A stretch of 64,000 nt of DNA from Candidatus Eiseniibacteriota bacterium (GTDB taxonomy: Bacteria; Eisenbacteria; RBG-16-71-46; JABDJR01). Position numbers and translations under genes: made by a program. Of this stretch, positions 58,171-64,000 are shown in pieces. Each line of letters opens with the position of its first letter. Positions within the stretch are counted from its first letter, which is position 1. Location of the stretch: assembly GCA_942491735.1 (NCBI GenBank), contig CALOCN010000001.1, forward strand, positions 1,030,071 to 1,094,070, written 5' to 3'. The notes beneath the pieces are model-generated. The model was not told the DNA's origin and did no database searches. It worked only from the letters and a program-made list of their open reading frames with translations.

Positions 58171-58536
58171 CGGCGTCTCCTGGCTGGGATGCCCGGACGG
58201 GACGTCCGAGACTAGCAGGAAACGCGTGAATGGAGGCCGGAACCGGCCAGGGACGCTGGCCCATACGGCGAAATTCCTTGTTGAAATCGAATCTGATGTC
58301 CTCTACTTTCGAGAACTGAGCCGAGTCTATTGCGGTTCCGGTCAGAATGCGCTCCGTGGATCCGCGGCCGAAATACTTGTTCGCCGCCACCATGTGATCC
58401 CGGGCACGGGCCGGACCCCCCACTCGACGCATCGAACGTTCTATTACGGTTTCGCGTGCGACCCGGGCCTCTCGCACGCGTTGTGGGAAGTGGTTTGTGC
58501 TTCCCGACCAGTGAAAAAACATCCAGGAGGCCCTCC

Positions 58537-61500
58537 ATGCGTGTCGCCGTATTTGCGACCTTGCTGCTGCTCGTCCTCACCCCCCTCGCCTTGGCCGCCC
58601 CACAACCGGGTCATCCCGATGGCGGCGAGGCCATTCCCGTTCTCCAGGTCGACCGGGGCGGGCCGCTGGCTCCCTCCGGGCCCACCGACATCATGAACCT
58701 GGATACCGGCAACACCTACGCCACCATCGCCGCGGCCCTTGCGGACCCACTCACCCTCGACGGGCATACCCTCGAGGTCCAGGTGGCCAGCCACGGCGAA
58801 GGGAGCGTCCTCGTCGACAAGAGCGTGACCCTGCAGGGACAGACCGGAACCGAGTCCGTCCTGGCCACCAGCAACACCTCCAGCAGCGGCGACGCGCGGG
58901 GATGGTTCCTGGTCACCGCGCCCAACGTCACCGTGCGCGACCTCAACTTCGACGGGGATGGGTTCCTGATCTGGCAGGGCTTCCGGGTCAAGTCGACCGG
59001 GACCGGGATCACCTTCGACGACTGCACCTTCAACGACATCCGGTTCCAGGCCTCGGGGTCCCCGTACGCCGGCAACGCGATCGTCTCCATCGACGCGGAG
59101 ATGGCGGTGACCGACTGCGACTTCTCCCTGATCGGCCGGCACGGCATCTTCTTCTTTGGCGCCGGGGTCACCGCGGGCGTGGCCAGCGGCAACACCTATA
59201 CCGGCAAGGGTGCCGGGGACTGGCTGGACTACGGGGTCGAGATCGGTGGGGGAGCGGTGGTGACGCTCACCGACAACACCATCACCGCCTGCACCGGCGT
59301 GGCCCTCTCCGACGGATCCACGTCGGCCGGCGTCCTGGCCAGCACCTTTTTCGGGGCGGGCACGACGGCCAACGCCACCGGTAACTTTCTCAACGCCAAT
59401 ACCACCGGGTTCTTCGCGGGCTACGATGCTTCGGACGTCACCGTGACCGCGATCAGCGACAACGACCTGTCCGGCAACACGGACTTCGGCATGGTCGCCA
59501 CCTCGACCACGGTGACCGCGGACGCCTCCGCCAACTGGTGGGGCAGCAACGTGGCCGCCTCGGTCTCCGCCGCCATCTCCGGCGACGTGGACTACACCCC
59601 CTGGCTGGACGTCGGCACCGACACCGGGGGCCCCGGGTTCGAGGGGGACTTCGCCGTTCTCCATGTGGACGACGACAGCCCGCAGACCGGAGCCACCGGC
59701 CGGATCCAGGAGGGGGTCGACCTCGTCACCGCGAGCACGGTCCTCGTTGAGCCGGGTACGTATGTGGAGCAGGTCATCGTGGATGGGATGGACGTGGAAA
59801 TCGTCGGTTCCGGCGACGGGGTCACCCTCGTCCATGCCCCGGCCAGCCTGGCCACGACCTTCACGACATCCGGGCCCAACAAGCCGGTCATCTCGGCCAT
59901 GAACACCGACTCGGTGATCATCCGCGACCTGACCGTGGACGGATTGGGCGTCGGAAACGCCAACAACCGGATCATGGGAGTCGGTTTCTGGAACGCCGGC
60001 GGCGCCCTGCTGGATGCCACGGTGCAGAACGTGATCGACACCCCGTTCTCCGGGGTCCAGCACGGGATCGGTATCCTGGCCGCCAACAACACGGGAGGTC
60101 CCTACGCCCTGGAGGTGGGGAACGTCGTCATCCAGGAATACCAGAAGAACGGAACCGCCTTCACCGGCGGCGGGCTGACCGTGGACATGCACGACTGCAC
60201 CGTGATCGGCAAGGGAGCCACCACGACCATCGCCCAGAACGGAATCCAGTTCAGTGGCGGCGCCGGGGGCGCGATCACCAACTGCGACGTTTCGGACATG
60301 GACTACACCCCGGACAGCTACGTCTCCAGCGGGATCCTCTGCATCGGCGCGACCCCGGTCGACATTTCCGGGGGCTCGGTCACCGACGTGCAGGAGTCGC
60401 TGTACTACATCGACACCGACGGGGCGATCGGTGACCTGACCGTCACCGGCGGGAGTGAGCCCTACGACGCGTTCTTCATCTACAACACTTCCACCAGCGC
60501 CGCGCTGAATCCGCTCGCCGCCGGCTCCCAGAAACCGGTCGCCTCCCCGTTCACGGTGGGCGGCGGCTCCGGCGCCGGCGCCGGGTCCGCCTCGGCCCCC
60601 AGCGCGGTCATGACGGTGACCATCGACCAGAGCTGCTTCACCGATCCCATTCCCGGGCCCGCCAACACGGGGATCTTCGCCTGGACCGACGGCGGTCCCC
60701 TGGACGTGACCGTCACCAACACGCGTGTTTCCGGGTACGACGGCGGAATGCGCACGGCCGGCGGGGCGGTGCTCACCGCGACCAACAACCACATCAGCGG
60801 CAACACCACCTCCGGATACGACAACACCGGCAGCGGCAACGCCCAGGTGGCGACGCTGAACTACTGGGGAGCCAACGACGGCCCGTCAGGGGACGGCCCC
60901 GGCAGCGGCAACGCCGTGCTGAGCGTGGGCGGCGAGGTAGACTTCTCGTCGTGGCGTACGGACGGGGCCTCCACCACCGCCTGTGCCTTCAACCCGGTCT
61001 CCGGCAACTCCGTGGATCCCGTTCCGGACGTGGACTGCGTGTCCACCGCGAATCCCTGTGTCGACGTCGACTTCGAGATCACCCGGGCCGACGCCATCGA
61101 CATGCGCGGGTTCAGCCTCACCTTCCAGTTGAGTCCGGAGCTGGAGCTCTGCAACGGTCTGGCCAGCATCACCGAGGGCACGTACCTCAACGCGATCGGG
61201 GGGACCAATTTCCAGGTCCTGGACAACGGTGGGGGGTCCTACACCGTGGACGCCGCGATCCTGGGGCTGCCCTGCGGCGCCACCGCGGCCACCGGGACCC
61301 TGTTCTCCATCGAGGTCACCAACACGGGTGGGGACGGCACCGGCACCATCACCGTGACCGGTCTCATCCTGCGTGACTGCGTGAACGTGGACATTCCGGG
61401 GATCGCCGGGTCGACCACCCTGCAGATCGACAACACCGCGGTGAGCGCGATCACGGATCTGGCCGCCGCCCAGCAGCTCACCGGAAACGACGGGGACGGG

Positions 61501-62742
61501 ACCACGGTCATCGACCTGTCCTGGACCGCTCCCGCCGAACCGGATGCCTACCAGACCCAGATCTGGCGGAAGGGCTTCGGGTTCTATCCCGAGTACGACG
61601 ACCTGGGGGGATCGGCGCCGACCGCTCCCGCCAACCCGGTCGACGCCCTCTCCCAGGGGTGGACCCTGGTCGCCACCCTTCCCGCCTCCTCCTCGAGCCA
61701 GGCGGACGAGACCGCGCTCGAGCGGGACTTCATGTACTTTGTCGCATTCGTCTCGGACAGCTGCGGCAACATCAGCGGTGTGTCCAACGTTACCGACGGG
61801 ACGCTGAACTATCACCTCGGGGATGTGGTGCCGGTGACTCCGCCTCCGTTCGGGGACAACCTGGTCGACGTGCTCGACATTTCCAAGCTTGGGGCGCACT
61901 ACGGCACCAGCGACGGGGACGCTCTCTATCTGGATACCCTGGACGTCGGTCCCACCTCCACCAACTTCGTGGATGGTCTTCCCGACACCGACGACAGCAT
62001 CCAGTTCGAGGACCTGATCCTCTTCGCCATCAACTTCGGTCAGGTCTCCAAGCCGGCGCCGCCGGTGGACGGCGAGGATCTCCTTGTGGTCCGTGTACCG
62101 GAACTCCCCGCGGCGGGGGACCTGGTGGTGTCGCTCGACATGACGGCCAGCGGACGCATCCAGGGTCTGAGCATTCCCCTGGGCTGGGACCCGGCGGTGG
62201 TCAAGCCGGTGAGCCTGGTTGGCGGGGAACTCCTGGACCGGCAGACCGGGGTCGGGGTGGCCCTTGCCCCCTCGCCCGGGACCGTCGACGTGGCGGTGTT
62301 CGGCTCCGCCCTGTCGGGGACGGGGACCGTGGCCCAGGTGCGTTTCGAGGTTCTCGGGGCCGGTGACCCGGGCATCAGCCTGGGCGAGGTGACCGCCCGG
62401 GATGGCAGGAACCAACCGGTGGAGTTGGTGGGTTCGGTTGAGGGGGACCGCCGGGTCGTCCCGGTTGCCACCCGGTTCCTGGGGGCGAGCCCGAATCCCT
62501 TCCGCGCGGCCACCCGGGTGAACTTCACCCTGGCGCAGGAGACGCCGGTCGTGGCGCGCATCCATTCGGTGGACGGTCGCCTGGTTCGCACCCTGTTCGA
62601 GGGTTCCCTCGGTGCGGGTGAGCGTTCGGTGAGCTGGAACGGGCTCGACGCCAACGGTCGGCCGGCGGCCGCCGGGGTCTACGTCCTCCAGTTCCGGGCC
62701 GGGACCCTGCAGGAAAGTCGACGGATCGTCCGTCTACGCTGA
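58537..62742 (+). CDS. giant secreted protein: parallel beta-helix repeats, cohesin-like modules, dockerin-like segment, C-terminal FlgD-Ig/T9SS-like domain
   Basis: Internal ATG 58537 with AGGAGG 6 nt upstream; signal peptide MRVAVFATLLLLVLTPLALA; Gly/Thr/Asn-rich beta-helix-like repeats; dockerin-like GDNLVDVLDISKL...DTDDSIQFEDLILFAINFG; C-terminal SPNPFRA...WNGLDANGRPAAAGVYVL. Confidence 0.7.
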   Translation: MRVAVFATLLLLVLTPLALAAPQPGHPDGGEAIPVLQVDRGGPLAPSGPTDIMNLDTGNTYATIAAALADPLTLDGHTLEVQVASHGEGSVLVDKSVTLQGQTGTESVLATSNTSSSGDARGWFLVTAPNVTVRDLNFDGDGFLIWQGFRVKSTGTGITFDDCTFNDIRFQASGSPYAGNAIVSIDAEMAVTDCDFSLIGRHGIFFFGAGVTAGVASGNTYTGKGAGDWLDYGVEIGGGAVVTLTDNTITACTGVALSDGSTSAGVLASTFFGAGTTANATGNFLNANTTGFFAGYDASDVTVTAISDNDLSGNTDFGMVATSTTVTADASANWWGSNVAASVSAAISGDVDYTPWLDVGTDTGGPGFEGDFAVLHVDDDSPQTGATGRIQEGVDLVTASTVLVEPGTYVEQVIVDGMDVEIVGSGDGVTLVHAPASLATTFTTSGPNKPVISAMNTDSVIIRDLTVDGLGVGNANNRIMGVGFWNAGGALLDATVQNVIDTPFSGVQHGIGILAANNTGGPYALEVGNVVIQEYQKNGTAFTGGGLTVDMHDCTVIGKGATTTIAQNGIQFSGGAGGAITNCDVSDMDYTPDSYVSSGILCIGATPVDISGGSVTDVQESLYYIDTDGAIGDLTVTGGSEPYDAFFIYNTSTSAALNPLAAGSQKPVASPFTVGGGSGAGAGSASAPSAVMTVTIDQSCFTDPIPGPANTGIFAWTDGGPLDVTVTNTRVSGYDGGMRTAGGAVLTATNNHISGNTTSGYDNTGSGNAQVATLNYWGANDGPSGDGPGSGNAVLSVGGEVDFSSWRTDGASTTACAFNPVSGNSVDPVPDVDCVSTANPCVDVDFEITRADAIDMRGFSLTFQLSPELELCNGLASITEGTYLNAIGGTNFQVLDNGGGSYTVDAAILGLPCGATAATGTLFSIEVTNTGGDGTGTITVTGLILRDCVNVDIPGIAGSTTLQIDNTAVSAITDLAAAQQLTGNDGDGTTVIDLSWTAPAEPDAYQTQIWRKGFGFYPEYDDLGGSAPTAPANPVDALSQGWTLVATLPASSSSQADETALERDFMYFVAFVSDSCGNISGVSNVTDGTLNYHLGDVVPVTPPPFGDNLVDVLDISKLGAHYGTSDGDALYLDTLDVGPTSTNFVDGLPDTDDSIQFEDLILFAINFGQVSKPAPPVDGEDLLVVRVPELPAAGDLVVSLDMTASGRIQGLSIPLGWDPAVVKPVSLVGGELLDRQTGVGVALAPSPGTVDVAVFGSALSGTGTVAQVRFEVLGAGDPGISLGEVTARDGRNQPVELVGSVEGDRRVVPVATRFLGASPNPFRAATRVNFTLAQETPVVARIHSVDGRLVRTLFEGSLGAGERSVSWNGLDANGRPAAAGVYVLQFRAGTLQESRRIVRLR

Positions 62743-62832
62743 GTGGACTCGTCGGGGGATCCGTTCCGGCCTGCCCGGATCGGGCGGGTCCCCCGGCCGT
62801 CCACGTTTTTGGGGGGAGGTGCCTGGAGGTTC

Positions 62833-63696
62833 ATGAACGCCGCAACACGATTTCTTCGAAAGTCCAGGTTCCTGCTCTGCCTGTTGTTCTGGGGGCTCGT
62901 CTTTGTCATTGGTGTCGCTCGCGCCGAAGGCAACGGCGTTGCCCTTCTCCTGGAGGCCGAGTCGTCCTGTGCCTGCCAGTCCGGGCAGGTCGTGCAGGTG
63001 GCGCCGCTCCAGGTCTTCGATCTCGAGGTCCGCGTCCCCGCACCATCGGACAGCTTCAATGCCTACGAGGTAACCCTTGTCTTCGACCCCGCCCATCTCC
63101 TGTTTCAGCAACTCGCACCCCTTTCGCTGCAGGAAGGGGCGCTCATGACCACGGCGTGCCCCAGCCGGTTCCACGTGTTCAGCGAGACCTCCGGGACCAT
63201 CGAGTTGACCCACTCCCTCCTGTGCGCGGGGGTCCGGGTTGCCGGGGAGGGCACGGTCTATCGTCTGCGGTTCCAGGCTGCGGACCACGCCTCGATCAGC
63301 ACCGTCGAGTTCACCTCGGCCCGTGTCGTCGACGCGGGGATCCCGCTGGGACCGATCACCACCACCGGTGTGGAGGTACGGGTCGGGGACGTTTCCGCCG
63401 CCCCGTCTCCACCACCGGGACCTCTGCTTGAGGGCCCGATGCCGAATCCGACCCGGGGGGCGGCGGGATTTTCCGTGCGCTTTCCCCGTCCCACCCGGGT
63501 TGTGTTCGGTATCTACGACTCCAGGGGGCGACGTGTGTCCCTGGTCTATGAGGGCGCCGTGGACTCCGGCTCGCGAACCTTCCGCTGGAACGGACGGGAT
63601 CGGCTTGGGCGGGACGTCCCTCCCGGGGTGTACTACGCCCGCCTGGATACGCAGGACGGGACCCTGTCCCGGCGTCTGGTTCGACTCTCACGCTGA
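62833..63696 (+). CDS. secreted cohesin-like domain protein with C-terminal FlgD-Ig/T9SS-like domain
   Basis: Internal ATG 62833 with GGAGG upstream; signal peptide; C-terminal MPNPTRG...RWNGRDRLGRDVPPGVYYA. Confidence 0.6.
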   Translation: MNAATRFLRKSRFLLCLLFWGLVFVIGVARAEGNGVALLLEAESSCACQSGQVVQVAPLQVFDLEVRVPAPSDSFNAYEVTLVFDPAHLLFQQLAPLSLQEGALMTTACPSRFHVFSETSGTIELTHSLLCAGVRVAGEGTVYRLRFQAADHASISTVEFTSARVVDAGIPLGPITTTGVEVRVGDVSAAPSPPPGPLLEGPMPNPTRGAAGFSVRFPRPTRVVFGIYDSRGRRVSLVYEGAVDSGSRTFRWNGRDRLGRDVPPGVYYARLDTQDGTLSRRLVRLSR

Positions 63697-63720
63697 CTGC
63701 GGATGCGAAAGGACGACACC

Positions 63721-64000
63721 ATGAGCGCTCGGCATCGCGGCTCTTCCCTGGCCGGCACCTTCCTGCTCCTGCTCCTCTGCGGGATCCCGGTGGCTTCCGT
63801 GGCCAACCTGGCCTTCGAATGCGATCCGCCCATCTGCGAGGTGGTGTTCGGAGACAGTCTGGACGTCTACGTGACCGTCGATGGGACGGTGACCGATCTG
63901 CGCGGCTTCTCGGTGGTCATCGGGTTCGACCCCTCGGTGGTCACGCCGCTCTCCATCAACCCCGGTGCCCTCATCGACGGGTCGTGCGCCTGGTACATGC
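63721..64000 (+). CDS. secreted cohesin-like protein, 5' partial (continues beyond window)
   Basis: ATG 63721; signal peptide MSARHRGSSLAGTFLLLLLCGIPVASVA; resembles N-terminus of the preceding protein. Confidence 0.45.
   Translation, partial: MSARHRGSSLAGTFLLLLLCGIPVASVANLAFECDPPICEVVFGDSLDVYVTVDGTVTDLRGFSVVIGFDPSVVTPLSINPGALIDGSCAWYM

Noticed and set aside
58444-62565. Two long minus-strand ORFs (58444..60792 and 60886..62565)
   Set aside because: Antisense to the beta-helix/cohesin giant, which has a signal peptide, RBS and C-terminal sorting-like domain
63664-63680. tRNA T-arm-like GGTTCGACTC sequence
   Set aside because: Lies inside the coding sequence of gene 62833..63696 (encodes ...RLVRLSR) with no acceptor/anticodon arms around it

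Overview
High-GC (~70%), gene-dense bacterial window. I call 46 protein-coding genes and find no rRNA, tRNA, CRISPR array or transposase/integrase. All homology statements are by-eye motif recognition on the ORF track; no database search was run. Many secreted proteins end in the same ~80-aa FlgD-Ig/T9SS-like C-terminal domain, which suggests an uncultured Gram-negative lineage. Layout: (1) 32-23547, a co-directional plus-strand glycan-assembly cluster (GT4/GT2 glycosyltransferases, epimerase, UDP-GlcA decarboxylase, CapD-like dehydratase, methyltransferase, bi-domain oxidoreductase plus heparinase II/III-like protein, GT2-phosphotransferase fusion, Wzx-like flippase, GT-C-like membrane enzyme, two FemAB-like transferases), ending with endonuclease III carrying a lysine-rich tail; (2) 24398-29449, lipid kinase, secreted proteins, a fused formimidoyltransferase-cyclodeaminase, and a ~700-bp intergenic region holding a 305-bp tandem duplication with hairpins; (3) 29450-35529, a minus-strand four-gene operon of a TonB-dependent receptor flanked by secreted beta-propeller/repeat proteins; (4) 35952-39614, an ECF sigma factor with a Cys-containing C-terminal extension, a candidate ECF-type promoter, and a persulfide dioxygenase-rhodanese / rhodanese / TauE sulfur cluster; (5) 39627-45600, GH16 glucanase and a TRAP transporter with a TatT-like component; (6) 45779-51731, molybdopterin oxidoreductase, an 880-bp gap with three copies of a 16-bp perfect palindrome and cryptic ORF fragments, a DRG-type GTPase and an ABC-2 exporter; (7) 51803-64000, an ECF sigma / Ser-Thr kinase pair next to a 1118-aa FG-GAP protein, then a 1401-aa beta-helix protein with cohesin-like and dockerin-like modules and two further cohesin-like proteins. 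The ORF track also contains many long antisense or out-of-frame ORFs that are compositional artefacts of the high GC content.
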